Shown here piece after piece: positions 12,467 to 24,486 of a stretch of DNA of 64,000 bases; the stretch's first letter is position 1; the number at the start of each line of letters is the position of its first letter. The notes beneath the pieces were generated by a model that saw only the letters and a list, made by a program, of their open reading frames with translations, was not told the origin of the DNA and did no database searches. The position numbers were made by a program, and so were the translations under genes. Source of the stretch: a virus (Duplodnaviria > Caudoviricetes); IMG/VR virus record IMGVR_UViG_2061766007_001346, positions 32,001-96,000 of that record, one strand, 5' to 3'.

Positions 12467-15400
12467 CTACACATTAATTAAAGTTTTAATAGCGGCAATA
12501 ATAGCCAAATCTTTACCAGAATATCTAATGCGAATCTTAGCCCATTTGTCTCTAATCCGCACTTCTTTCTTCTGCTGAGCTCCAGCAATATCCATTCGTA
12601 GAGGTTCTATTTGTGCGAATCACATTCCATTCTTATACTGAATATTTCCTATTCTACGACCGTATCTATAGATGTCTTTAAATATCTGAGACTTAACTAA
12701 CATCTTTTGATTTAGTCTTAAATCGTATTTATATGTTCAATCATCAGAACGATATGTATTATTATCGTGTGTGTTGGATGTTGTCTTAATATCGGTAATA
12801 TTATTATATTCAGCCCTTTCCTTATGTACAGCTGTAAGCGGTGTGTTGTCCCGTTTAAATTCATAGTCATCTCCCATTATAGAGATTTCCATTTCATCGG
12901 GCTGTACATTATTTGAAATAATCTGAAGATTATCGAATATCTTTCCAATACCGATGGGATTGGATACTACGAATTCGAACTCAAATCCATTTTCATTATC
13001 GTACCAGCTTGAAACATGTCCACCGTTAAAAGCAACATCATATTTATGGTCTCAAATATAATAGAGATTATCGTTAGAATCGTCCTGCTTTTTATTTAGT
13101 GAATAAAATTCATCGTCGACATTTTCGGAAACAATCGGACATCAGTCATATTTAGTAACCCAAAGATTCTGACGTTCGTTGAAACAGATAGAATAAACCC
13201 GCTGTCCAGAATATCAGGTAAACATCACATCGCCCTTCTTTGCATTATAATGCGTTCTAATATCTGAAGTTCCCATATCCACTGATAATGGCTGAAGATT
13301 GTCTTTTAAATAGGTCTCAACCTTCATATCAGAGATTGTTTCGAATCCATTCCTATCAGAATATCTCCAGACCTTATTAGCATCAACATCGACACCATAA
13401 ATACCAATTGGTGTTCTTAACACAGAGTGTTCATATTTAGAACCATAGTCCTGCGAAATTACTGTAATCTCGTCCGGTAAAACCCCGTATCCATATATAT
13501 GAATCATCTCTCCGGTTGTTGTTTGCATAAGTGCTTTTGGATTCACAGCAACTAATCCTAATCCATGTTCCATGACAATAAAGATATTCTGTCCAAGCGA
13601 TATCAATTTAGTTATTGCACCATATTGTTTATCATAATCTTTGTAAGATAGTCCTTGGAACGTTCTATATCCATTTGTATAAGCATCTGTCACATGTACA
13701 TTCGAGAACATAATTCTGTTTGAGAATTCAGAACGCGAATATGGAACATCCGGCATCAGATTATATCGTTTTCTACCCACGGTTGCAGAAAGACCGTCGT
13801 TTAAAAGTAGGGATTCTTCTATCTTATTACCGGTTGCGGTAGACATACTATTTAATGGATAGAATGATCGAGGTGACCCAAACATAGACATTTCGTCGGT
13901 ATGGAAATTATCCATACACCGTAAACCTAAATTATATGAGGACAAACACTTAAATGTTACCCAATAACCCAAATCTACCGTATTTACGTCAGATAAATTC
14001 ACGTTGGATCATGGATCTATCGGTTCGTTGTTAGAATTTGTAGTCGGATTCTCTATGGCCTGTAGTACTTTATATCATCCTTCTTCGTCTAAAATCTGAT
14101 CGGATACTGGAGCTGTCGAATCTACGAAATTGTTAAGTATACGCATTGTTATTGTATTTGTATAGCAATCGCCGCGATATACATCTGAATTATAAATCTC
14201 GTTTTCTCCATTCCGTATTGGATTTCTTTCGGATACACAATAATATTCGGAAGAGTCCTGTTTCCTGACTAAAAATAAATTGGAAAGATTTGTATTTGAT
14301 TCATCCAAACGAATTGAGTAAATTTTACCTTCTGCAATATCATTTGCAGCAATTCCGACATATGGTGTAAACTTACCACGAACGATATTTAAGTCGTTAT
14401 TTTCGTTTTCAGACTTTATATTATATATTGGAACACCATAATGTAAATCTTTATAGTAAGATTCTGTTGTATACTTAAATCGATTTACTTCTGCCGCATT
14501 TCCCGCTATATTACTAAATTCGTAATTATCGATGACTTTTATGTTAGTATTAGGAGCCACATATACACATTTGCGTGCTTTTTTAGTGGGATCAGATCCA
14601 GTATATATATAATTTTCGTGATCTACCTTTAAATAATTATCGTTATAATATAGATCTGTTTCCGATTCTTGTACTCCGAAAGCACAATTCACATTATATT
14701 CATCGACGATTTCAAATATAGAACCATCTAGCATTCCACTAATAGAAGAGTTTACGCACGGGTCCAAACTTAGCAAACCTCGTCCCTTTAAGTTAGCAGT
14801 ACTTTCATAGATATATCTATCACAATATTTGGCAAAACTTCTAATTAATGCGTTCTCTGTTTCAAATGCCTTTCGCATGTTAGCAGGCATACGATAGAAC
14901 TCACCCAATATATCGGATATTTCGCTTGGTTCTGTAAATAACGGGATGCGTCTGTTTTCTCCATGACGTTCTACAATAAGATCGGTTATATATTCTGGGT
15001 CATTAGATATAAAATATATATGTGTAGCATGTTCTAACGGAGAATTTCCAATCGGTAAGGTCATATTTTCCGGTTCTATTAGAAGATAGTCTCAGAAAAA
15101 CACAGCATCGTCTTGGCCTACCTTATCAACATTATCGACGAGCGCTACTTCTCCAGCTTTGTATTTAGGATCTTTTATATAAGCACTATACCATTCGTTA
15201 TAATTTGTATACATGTGTGTATAATATGTTCCTGCTGGAGCGTTTGAATCGCGTTGTTCACATACACCAAATGATGTCAGTTCAAATTCTTTTAGTGAAT
15301 CTGCAAGATAATAAAGCATCGGTTTTTTAGATTCAGAAATATTTCTCTTCAATGCTTCCAGTTTAAGTTTGGAGCTTACAGTAGTCGTCACACCATATGA

Positions 15401-17317
15401 AACAGCAACGGTAAACATCTCCGGTGTTATGAAAATACCAGCGACTGGTGCCACGAGCAGGCCGAGGGCGACCTTCCATCATGTGTTGTTATAGTCACCT
15501 TCAAGATCTTCTATCCGTTTGATTAGTTCTTGTTGTCTATCTTTATCCGTACGATCTAGAGATAGAAAACTTTCTATCATTCAGTCATTTCCGTTTCAAA
15601 TCATCGGAAGATTACTCTTTTCATCGATCCCGATGGTTAATCCTTGACAAATAGTTCTTGGTATTCGTTTTTGCCGTACTACAAACCATCCCGCTACATT
15701 GTTACTTTCCAATAAAGAAACATCGCTCGGCAATTCAAAATTAAAGTATAATGGGCGAACTTTGTTTGAACTCGTTATAATATCGGCTCTTGGTGTACGG
15801 AATACACCAAGATCGTTAATGTACTGTGTATAAGTACTTTGCGTAGTTATCTCAGAATTAACAGATGTAAATACGCCGCCAGTAACATTAAACACAGGTG
15901 TTGTAGAACCATCTTTTAACACATAAACAATGCCGAAACGATAAATCTCATCTGGCCAGTATCCCAGTTTCGAATAGATGTTGGCTGTACTATAATACTC
16001 AGTTCCAGATTTATAGTCAGATGTAACTTTTGATATACCTTGTTCTTCTCCAAGATCTTGTTTTATCGTTACAGTAAAGCCTTTAGTAAAATCTTTTAAC
16101 TGTTGATACAACTTGAACGTTTCCTCTTGCCCAACGTTTCCTAAGAATAACATATTAGAATGTTGTGCTTCCGCTCTTGCCCAGTCAATAGTATGATAAT
16201 CGACATTAAGTTCCTCAATATCTACTGGAGTTTGTTGTTCAAATCCAGTTAACCATACTGTTTGATAGGGGTCTACATTCTGCCGCTTTTCTTCTGCAGT
16301 TCGCATGTCTTTCAAATCAATTGGCTCCGAAAGCATACCACATTCCGTCATACGATATCCTTGTGTATCAGAATATTCTCTTGTAAAATAAATATAAATT
16401 TTAGAGTAAATGAGATTTAAACCTGTAATTTTAAGATTTATCATCTTATCTGTGCGTTCATCTAAGAGCGTACCAGATATCGTTGATGGAACCGCATCAT
16501 TTCCATTAAATATAGAAACAATTCCTGATTCTCCTACAATATCTGTCTGATTAAAATCTCCGTCTCCAAATTTAATATAGAATGTATAATTACCGCCCTT
16601 CCATTGTCCGCCGGACTGTACACCAAGTAGCCCAATATTGGTTAAGATGCCGCTTGTTCTGATTAATTCGGATTCTTTACCAATCTCGGAATCAGAATAT
16701 ATATTTGTAAGAACATCTTGTGCTCTATTTACGAACTTGTACTGATTGTTTGGCAATACACTAAATCCAGAATTGATTATTCTTGGCTTACAACCGTCGG
16801 CAATCAGAATGAGATTTACAGAACCGTCATACGAATCCTGGATTTCAATAGTAACTGGTGTTTCCGTTGTATATCCCAAATCGACATTAGTTAAAGCAGA
16901 GTGTCCTTCTAATACATGTAGCGCGTCGTATATTACAAATCCATTTTCGTCTTTAAACGAACCTTTGTACTCTTCATCGTATAGTGTATTATCTCACGAA
17001 CTAGGATATCGTGGAGCGGGAAATGTTCCAATTTCTGTTTTATTACCATTGACTGAAACAATATACAAAACACCGTTACGCTCCTTGATACCAATTGGAG
17101 TGTAACCGTTTGTTAAATGAACGTATGATATTGTCTCGTTATCGATATCACTAACAATCTTCTTATTGCCTCGGTCGTTTTGCAGACAAAACTCATTACC
17201 GTTGTATGTGATAAACGTTCCGTTTATGTTATCTGTGAGTATTGTATTTGGAGTTACAATCGGATGTAAATCGAGATTAAGTCCATCCTTGAATTCGTTA
17301 TTTGCGTTTTGTCTCAT
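12467..17317 (-). CDS. Tail stabilisation / muzzle protein (P22 gp10-like), 1616 aa
   Basis: Five track ORFs plus an unlisted C-terminal part in one frame via TGA; N-terminal F.DGLNLD..P and C-terminal RIRDKWAKIRIRYSG as in crAss-like tail stabilisation proteins; ends TAG. Confidence 0.8.
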
Positions 17318-17879
17318 GTTTATCTTTTCCGCTTATAAATGTATATGCAAACTTTTCATTACGAGTGGCAATTAATTTAAAATCTTTTACATATGCCGAA
17401 GTCAATTTCTTATGGAAACCATATATTGGGTCCTTAACACATACTTCAAAGACATATGCTGGACTATGAATTAAGCATTCGTCAAGAATTTTAAAAAAAT
17501 GAACTTCTTTGAGGAATATAGTCTTTCTACGTTTATTAGATTTACTCCGAATTTGAGGTAAGTATTCGTTTTGATAACTTTCTTCGGATAATCCAAAATA
17601 GTATTTCCCATTATACTGAACCCTATTCTTTATATAGTAAAAACGATATTTTATGGATTTTTTCGCACACCTGTATCGATTTGCAAGGGTTTTGTTAACA
17701 TATATTTTTCCAATAAATGCTGTATAATAAGGGCTTTTAAATAGGACGTCTCCTCTAATATTATAATATCAAAGTTTTCTTAGTCCACTTTTTATGATTT
17801 TATCTACTTGTTTTTCTGTTAATCTCGGATATCTTTTTAATACTTGCTCATAATATTTTTCTGGGTTTACAATGTCCAT
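17298..17879 (-). CDS. Basic hypothetical protein, 193 aa; absent from ORF track
   Basis: ATG 17879 in TAATG overlap, one internal TGA, TAA 17298-300; Lys/Tyr-rich; occupies the position of the IHF-like genes of crAss phages. Confidence 0.7.
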
Positions 17880-18343
17880 TAGTAATACTGTTTTCCTGAA
17901 TTAATTTTCGAATAAAACCATTGCTTTAGATTACACGATATATATATTTTCTTTTCGTATATGCTTCGTCCACATATTCGTTGATATACTAGATAATAAG
18001 CTTTAAAATCGGTTTTAATGAAATCTGTTCCTATAAAAGCGCCGTTAGCCACGGCACGTTTTAATTCTTCTCCCTGAATGCATTTAACAAACATGTACGC
18101 TCTCTGTTTGGAAAATAATGGGAGTTCAAAGGTAACATTATTTTCGATTATATCCAAAATTACTAGATATATAAAGTAAGTAAATATTTGTCCGCACAAT
18201 TCGACAATAGTATCCGCACCGTAATATGTTGGTAATACTTTACGGATTCCTATTGCCTGTGCGTCCTTTAACTCAAATAGTTCTTTTGGAGTAAAACTAA
18301 AGTCGTTGTAAAAGTCTCAATTTCGTTCACCTCTAGGCTGCAT
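17879..18343 (-). CDS. Conserved phage protein, 154 aa (possible IHF-like gene by position)
   Basis: ATG 18343 in TAATG overlap; one TGA; joins 17879-18199. Confidence 0.7.
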
Positions 18344-19035
18344 TACTTTGTAGGTTTAAAAGAATGCCCATAAAATTTTCTATTCCACGAAGCTCTCGCA
18401 TCCAAAACAGCATCCATATCATTTTGAGACACATGTTCTGGTATTCTTGCAGCATTGCAAGCACGCAGCCAATCCTCTTTGACGGTCTGCGCAAATTTCA
18501 TAAGATTTGCATCTTGTTTTTTAATTGAATCTTTATAAATTGATGTATACGCAATAAATGCTGCAACAGCTCTAAGTTCCTTGTCATTTACGAGAGGCAT
18601 TCCCGTTTCTTCATCTGCAAAAATTCCATGATAGACGACCATTACAGCGGGATAATCATGAGTGAAATAAAGTGTTCCATTGCCCTCATCATATCTTATA
18701 AGCTTACCTTTTTGTAATAGTGGGTCGGTATTAAAGTGTCATCTATCGATATATTGTTCTACTCAAATTGATTCTGATCAATAATTATGTGAATCCGGAC
18801 CTATAAATTTAGCATCCGGAATAGGAATGTGTACCGATTCGATTACATCCGCATTGCACGGAAGTTCTAGTTTCTTATCCTCGACACGCCCAATATACTT
18901 ATATAATCGCGTGTGTTTGGTTCCTATTCTACCCCAAGCGTCTAATGCCAAATCTTCGAAAGAAGATTCATCTGGAGAAATGCCGTATAAGGTTTCACAA
19001 AGACCATAAGCAGCATTTAAATTAGTTAGTTCCAT
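18343..19035 (-). CDS. Putative tail tubular/ring protein, 230 aa
   Basis: 18778-19035 and 18343-18642 joined through three TGA; position upstream of the tail stabilisation gene. Confidence 0.65.
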
Positions 19036-19037
19036 AA

Positions 19038-19709
19038 TTATCGTGCGGTTTGGTCATTTCTATGTGGAGGTTGTAATGCACTTCTGTAGTAATATAATTT
19101 CTCTTTGGTGAGCCTAGTCTTTATTTCGGAACTAATACTTCCGAGATCTCCACCGCCACCATCACAATCACCATTACAGCCAATCTTTTCTAATTGTCTA
19201 GGATCTCTGAAAACACCAATCACCGAGATGTTCTTTACATAGGGCAGATTATAAATCCAACCATCATACATTCCGTTTTCATTTGGAGTGGTTTCTATAT
19301 ATACATATGGTTGATTGACGTTTCTTTTTTTGTATTTATGATATTTCACTTGCGTTGGCGAGAAATACACTTTATATTGTTGTTTTCTGTCGGCAGACCC
19401 AACTCAGGCTATAGCATCGCCGCCAATTCCCGATACTAATTGCGGAATTTCAAAATGCATTTCCGATTTTCCCACTTTCGTGCAACATTTGGTAGAATCT
19501 TTACAGTCCACCTCAATGCAGTTAATAGCGGTGAGCAAATCATTTTTGTGAAGCAACCCACGTCTCCACTTTTCGATAATAATGCTTTCTCTTAATGCTA
19601 CGACTTCGTCTTGTAATTGTTCTTCCGAAATAGTTACATTTTCGTGTAAACCAACAAGCCCAGATACAACATCATTAAGAATTGCATATGTTAATTGTTC
19701 TATAGTCAT
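19038..19709 (-). CDS. Putative tail ring protein, 223 aa
   Basis: Start at ATG 19709 (MTIEQL) just after a terminator; joins 19038-19370 via TGA; GVFRDPR motif. Confidence 0.65.
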
Positions 19710-19726
19710 ACGCAAATATATTAAAG

Positions 19727-19764
19727 AAAATAGGGCGAGCGAGACAATTCTCACCCGCCCTATT
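19727..19764 (-). terminator. Intrinsic terminator
   Basis: AATAGGGCGGGTGAGA-ATTG-TCTCGCTCGCCCTATT then TTCTTT; G-U pairs only on the minus strand. Confidence 0.85.
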
Positions 19765-19769
19765 AAAAA

Positions 19770-20018
19770 CTATCTTACTATGTAATCTACAATAGAGGGC
19801 TTAATCTGAATATTAGGATCGTCTACAACTGCTGTAGTTTTCACAGTAAAAATATCACCCGGTTTAGCATTAGAACTAATCGATAGAACACCTTTACTAT
19901 CAACACTTGCTATAGATGAACCTTTTAAGATACTCCAAGTAAAGTGATAGTTTCCTTTAGGAAGTGGATATATATCACCTACCAATTGAGTTCTCTGCCC
20001 AGGTTTGATACATTTCAT
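19770..20018 (-). CDS. Small Ig-like (Big-2-like) domain protein, 82 aa
   Basis: FTWSI..GSSIASVDSKGVL motif typical of Ig-like group 2 domains. Confidence 0.65.
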   Translation of the reverse strand: MKCIKPGQRTQLVGDIYPLPKGNYHFTWSILKGSSIASVDSKGVLSISSNAKPGDIFTVKTTAVVDDPNIQIKPSIVDYIVR

Positions 20019-20020
20019 GA

Positions 20021-21031
20021 TTATTCTCCGCTGTTGCTAGAAGAAGCGGCCTCAACAACGTTGGTATCAGGGTTGGTCACCTGAATGTCGTTAGTAGTAA
20101 CCACGGTAGCACCGAGATTCTCAAATGCGGTCTGGAACTTGTCAGCTTCAGTCGTCGGCACATAGTAGACGTGACGAGTGATAGCCATCATAGCTTGACC
20201 AACACCGGAGAGACCACCAAGACCCGGACGAGGTGACTGATATGCGAAGGAGAACTGGGTGTAAACCACACCAGGGGTCGGATAGTCACCGTAACCAGGA
20301 GCGTGATAACGAGTGTTCGGATAGGTAGGGAAGCGGAGATTCTCCTGCAGCCACTCACCAGTAGCGAACGGAACAACACCAGCGACAGCGATAGAAGCAG
20401 CGTTTACAGAAGCGTCATCGTTCTTAAGAATGTCAACTGGAGCAAGATACTCACCAATGCAGGAGTCGCAAGTGGTTTCATCGTAGAAGGATAGACCAAC
20501 GCAGTCGAAGCGAAGAGCCGGATGTAGAGCAAGTAAGCTCACAACGGTATCGTTCTCAGCAAATGGCTGGAGGGCACCCTCGACAACCTGTCCGCCCACC
20601 TTGAATTCTTCGTCGCGAAGAGCGAGTAATAGAGACTCGTGAAGCTTAGCAGCAATAGTAGCGGCAGTATCAGTGCTGACTACATCATAGCCGATAAGAA
20701 TCTGGCGACCGAAGGTGTTGTAGTTAGGATAACCAAACTCATAAATAGCGTGAGGATCAAGCAGTTTAACAAACATGTTGAGCTGATAGGTACCAGGATC
20801 GGTAGGAAGCTTGGAAGCATTGATGGAAAGAATTTCGTTCTTTCCGACCACACCGTCAGTACGATAAACAACATGTTCGTTAGCACCCTGAGACTGGATG
20901 AATGCTTTGAAATACTCACCACCACGTTGGATTACAAGTGGTTTGCCAGCGCCAACCTCAAAGATAATACGATCGGAGCCGTCCGGCATTGTAAGGGAAT
21001 TAAAAACTAATTCGTGTGTGTACTGAAACAT
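20021..21031 (-). CDS. Putative auxiliary capsid/structural protein, 336 aa
   Basis: TGA-free ORF with codon bias resembling MCP; lies in the capsid operon. Confidence 0.65.
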   Translation of the reverse strand: MFQYTHELVFNSLTMPDGSDRIIFEVGAGKPLVIQRGGEYFKAFIQSQGANEHVVYRTDGVVGKNEILSINASKLPTDPGTYQLNMFVKLLDPHAIYEFGYPNYNTFGRQILIGYDVVSTDTAATIAAKLHESLLLALRDEEFKVGGQVVEGALQPFAENDTVVSLLALHPALRFDCVGLSFYDETTCDSCIGEYLAPVDILKNDDASVNAASIAVAGVVPFATGEWLQENLRFPTYPNTRYHAPGYGDYPTPGVVYTQFSFAYQSPRPGLGGLSGVGQAMMAITRHVYYVPTTEADKFQTAFENLGATVVTTNDIQVTNPDTNVVEAASSSNSGE

Positions 21032-21057
21032 AATTCTAAAATTTAAAAAGTTAATAA

Positions 21058-21990
21058 TTAAGACCTATCCCTAGACGATTGACTTTGAGGAACGGCGGTA
21101 GGATCTGCTACCGACTGATTGACAGTGAAATTGGTTTGAAGTCTAGGGTCGCTAGAATTCTCCATCAATAACTTGACAAATTCGTTCACAATCTCATAAC
21201 AAACGTAATCAGGAAACTCTAAAACTCTTGTATTATCAACAGTATCGATTGTTTCTTGATAAGTCAATCTTATAAACATAGGGGCTTTAATATAATCGAT
21301 ATATATCGTTTGTGGAGTGAATACTGTATCGTCATCTCCAAAACGAATCTCCAACCTAACGTTTGACGCATTAGATAATCTAATATCTGCTGGTTTTACT
21401 GAATCTACATGATCACTAAAGGATTGATCGGTATGAACAATGGGGGAAACGTCTGCATCAGCAGTTGTTCTTCCTTCAATTTCATTTTCTTTCAGTGCAG
21501 TTCTTGACTCCTCTGCTTTAGGATCACTGATATCGTTCACATTATTTATGTAGAAATAAGGACGTTTATAATCAGGCTTCATGTAAACATTATGTAATAT
21601 TCCAGAAGTCATATCTGCAGTTAGTCTGCGAGCAGAGAAATCGATATAATCTCCAGCACTATAGCACTTAAAGGATTTATTTACTTTGTATTCAACAACG
21701 CAGTTGAGAATGTGCATATAATCTGAAGGAAGATATGTCACATAAACAAACTTTTGTCCCCTTCCAACTCGACCAATAACCTCTTTAGTTAAATCTAATT
21801 GAGCAGTCGCTTTTAGAACTCTTAAGTCATCTGAAGATTGCTGATTTATATCGTATCGATTATATACTTTGTTTATATATTGTTGGACAGCCTTATTCAT
21901 AAAATAATTAAAGTCTTCTAGCAGTAAGCTAGGTGCTTCGACTTTATTCATCTCGATTAAAGCGTAATCGTATAATTCACGAATTGTCAT
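21058..21990 (-). CDS. Putative head-tail ring/connector protein, ~310 aa
   Basis: ATG 21990 preferred over TTG 21999; conserved crAss-like position downstream of MCP. Confidence 0.6.
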   Translation of the reverse strand: MTIRELYDYALIEMNKVEAPSLLLEDFNYFMNKAVQQYINKVYNRYDINQQSSDDLRVLKATAQLDLTKEVIGRVGRGQKFVYVTYLPSDYMHILNCVVEYKVNKSFKCYSAGDYIDFSARRLTADMTSGILHNVYMKPDYKRPYFYINNVNDISDPKAEESRTALKENEIEGRTTADADVSPIVHTDQSFSDHVDSVKPADIRLSNASNVRLEIRFGDDDTVFTPQTIYIDYIKAPMFIRLTYQETIDTVDNTRVLEFPDYVCYEIVNEFVKLLMENSSDPRLQTNFTVNQSVADPTAVPQSQSSRDRS

Positions 21991-22053
21991 AGTACTCAAT
22001 TATTTTAGTTAAACATTATAGACTGTCTTATTTGGTGTCTATTTAAATTTAGA

Positions 22054-22929
22054 TTAAGACTTTTTCGTAGTTTTCTTTGGCGGATTTACCGACGGTTTTT
22101 CAACGGTGTCTTCTGGTTCAGTGTTATTGATGGCTGCTAAATGTGCTGCAAATTCTGGATACACATGCGCTTTAAAAGCGTCCAGAATCGGTTTGTTCAT
22201 AGGAGTTTTAAGGAATACGAGGACTGCTTCTTCGTTAGCTCCCATGTTTGTATCACCATACATAAACCATCCGTTGATCTTCTTAAGGACACCCTTCTCT
22301 TTTGCGTCAAGAATGAGCAACTGAAGTCCTGTATCCTGACCAGTATAAAGGTCTATGATTCTTCCCGGAGACTTATCGGCAATTTCAAATAAGAATGCCT
22401 GTGCGTCTGCAAATGGTGCGTTCCGCATGTTTCTTCCGAGCAAACGGCACTTTGTGAGAATACCGTTCATAGAGTCACCGTTGATATACTGGTATGCTTC
22501 CATAATCTGTTTCTTACGACTGATTATGCGTTCAGATTCCTCACCTGCAACATCCACATATAACTCGGCAATACCATACTTGGTCTTATCTCCATCAATT
22601 AAGAGATTTCCTTTTTCATCTTTTGCATTGCGGGTCGGTGCAATTAAATCACTATCTTTAATTGCGATCCACTTATTATACTGAAGGGGATCAGATAAAT
22701 CAAAAGTTGTTCCTTCTGTTATTACAATGTCCATATCTTCGGGAATAAAATATTTCGAATTCGGGTCATTGCGTTCTGCTTCAGAAAGTATCATGTAAGA
22801 AGTACCATCAGCATCATATCTCACAGGTTTAACAAAATCATAATTCAAGCCGTTAGGCTGCTTCATAGGAGTAAGATGATACTCCTTTACTTTGTAAACC
22901 GATCGTAAAGTAATTACTTTATTTTCCAT
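22054..22929 (-). CDS. Conserved crAss-like protein immediately downstream of MCP, 291 aa
   Basis: Clean ORF; synteny. Confidence 0.7.
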   Translation of the reverse strand: MENKVITLRSVYKVKEYHLTPMKQPNGLNYDFVKPVRYDADGTSYMILSEAERNDPNSKYFIPEDMDIVITEGTTFDLSDPLQYNKWIAIKDSDLIAPTRNAKDEKGNLLIDGDKTKYGIAELYVDVAGEESERIISRKKQIMEAYQYINGDSMNGILTKCRLLGRNMRNAPFADAQAFLFEIADKSPGRIIDLYTGQDTGLQLLILDAKEKGVLKKINGWFMYGDTNMGANEEAVLVFLKTPMNKPILDAFKAHVYPEFAAHLAAINNTEPEDTVEKPSVNPPKKTTKKS

Positions 22930-22965
22930 ATTAATCCATTAAATTCTATTAAAAAGTCTAAATCT

Positions 22966-22996
22966 AAAAAACTCCCTCCCTTACGAGAGGGAGTTT
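22966..22996 (-). terminator. Intrinsic terminator after MCP
   Basis: AAACTCCCTCTC-GTAA-GGGAGGGAGTTT then T tract on the minus strand. Confidence 0.85.
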
Positions 22997-23018
22997 ACTT
23001 ATCTATTCAAAAAAGCTA

Positions 23019-24449
23019 TTAGAACCAAGGGTTCTGTCTCTTGGCGCTCATGAGCACCACAGACTTGTAAGGATTGAAGACTGCGATGGAACCAGTACCC
23101 CAAGCGATGAGTTTGGAACCAGCGACCGGGCTGGAAACCTCACCAGAGGATGTACCATTTAGACCACCAACACCAAGAATATGGTTCTCGATATAATCGG
23201 TACCCTTGAAGGTGTATTTGGCGATAGCCGGTTTGCCAGTCTTAGTATCCGGAGTAAGATCAACAAGTAAACCGTACTTGCGATCAGGGAATTCGACGTC
23301 GAGAGATCTGTCGAGTTTGAAACCAATCGTATTTCCACCGTAAGTATAGGTGTCATAAGTTGCACCAGCGGCGATATAACCATTGGAACCACGGCTCCAT
23401 AGGAAGTTACCATCAGTATGGCGATCCTTCAGGAAGAGATCGATAACGCTCTGTACATCGTCCCACATTAGAGTGTTGCAAAGGAATAGGAACTTATTGC
23501 CCGTACCCTTGTCACATTTTGCTACGAGAGCAGCGAGAGCTTTCTTCAGCCAAGCAACAGTTAGTCTGGAGAAGACAAACTTGGTAGCAAATCTTTCGAT
23601 CTGGCTAATAGCACCATCAGAGGTGATAAGTGGTCTGCCAGTTTCGGGCTCGTAAATCTTAGGATTACCAGCGGAATCAACATCACTCTTACCCCAAGCG
23701 AATTTATTCTCACGAACGAGCATGAAGTTGTCAAGAAGGACTTTCTTCACACCAGGTAGACGATACACAGGATCGTCGTCTTTGCCCTTACCAATCTGGA
23801 TGAATACATCCTCCATGGTAGCGTACTGTGCGGAATAATCGATATCGCAACGGTGAGTGGAAATGAAGCCTCTGAATTTCTCAGTGTTGGACTGATACTT
23901 GGTATAACCTTCCTCGTGCAGTTCGGGCATGTAGTTGGTCACGAATCTGGTGAGACGGCCAGCTGCATTAGCCACAAAAGCGTCAGGAATCTGAGACGAA
24001 TAGTCATCGTCAACAAGCTTACCAACTACGATGAAGCAGTTATCAGCAATTCTCTGAGGTCTGTTAAGAACAATCACATACTGACGAAGATCTTCGATGA
24101 TAAACGTATCATATTTCTGATAATAATTCTCAGGGAATCTGAAGATGATGTCGCTAGCATTGCAACCATTTCCTTCCATGGAAAGAATAGGAAGTCTCTT
24201 AATGCGGTTGACTTCGAGTTCCCACTCGTACATATAGTTGTTGATACGCTGCCAGGAGTTCTTGGAAACCTTTTCATTAGTAAAGGTGTTCATCAGGGCC
24301 TCGGTAAGATTCGTAAAGGTATACTGATCGTAAAGAGTCGCTACAAGGCCAATTCTTTCTGGACGAACGCCTAAGAATTTAGAGAAGTCTTCAAATGTTC
24401 TTGTAGTGTGCATCTCTGGACGCACAGTAGTAAAATTAGTAATTCTCAT
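23019..24449 (-). CDS. Major capsid protein, 476 aa
   Basis: Size, strong codon bias, followed by a terminator, preceded by an acidic scaffold-like gene; crAss-like MCP features (YEWELE, G.P..T.DG...QI). Confidence 0.85.
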   Translation of the reverse strand: MRITNFTTVRPEMHTTRTFEDFSKFLGVRPERIGLVATLYDQYTFTNLTEALMNTFTNEKVSKNSWQRINNYMYEWELEVNRIKRLPILSMEGNGCNASDIIFRFPENYYQKYDTFIIEDLRQYVIVLNRPQRIADNCFIVVGKLVDDDYSSQIPDAFVANAAGRLTRFVTNYMPELHEEGYTKYQSNTEKFRGFISTHRCDIDYSAQYATMEDVFIQIGKGKDDDPVYRLPGVKKVLLDNFMLVRENKFAWGKSDVDSAGNPKIYEPETGRPLITSDGAISQIERFATKFVFSRLTVAWLKKALAALVAKCDKGTGNKFLFLCNTLMWDDVQSVIDLFLKDRHTDGNFLWSRGSNGYIAAGATYDTYTYGGNTIGFKLDRSLDVEFPDRKYGLLVDLTPDTKTGKPAIAKYTFKGTDYIENHILGVGGLNGTSSGEVSSPVAGSKLIAWGTGSIAVFNPYKSVVLMSAKRQNPWF

Positions 24450-24486
24450 ATATAAATAAAATTAATTAGTAGATGTTACCAAATCA

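Noticed and set aside
19710-19754. Track start at 19754 for the ring-protein gene
   Set aside because: It falls inside a terminator hairpin; ATG 19709 is the plausible start.
20000-20045. Frameshift fusion of the Ig-like gene onto the auxiliary capsid protein
   Set aside because: The -1 frame is open for only 6 codons upstream of ATG 20018 and has no slippery heptamer; the gene has its own ATG.
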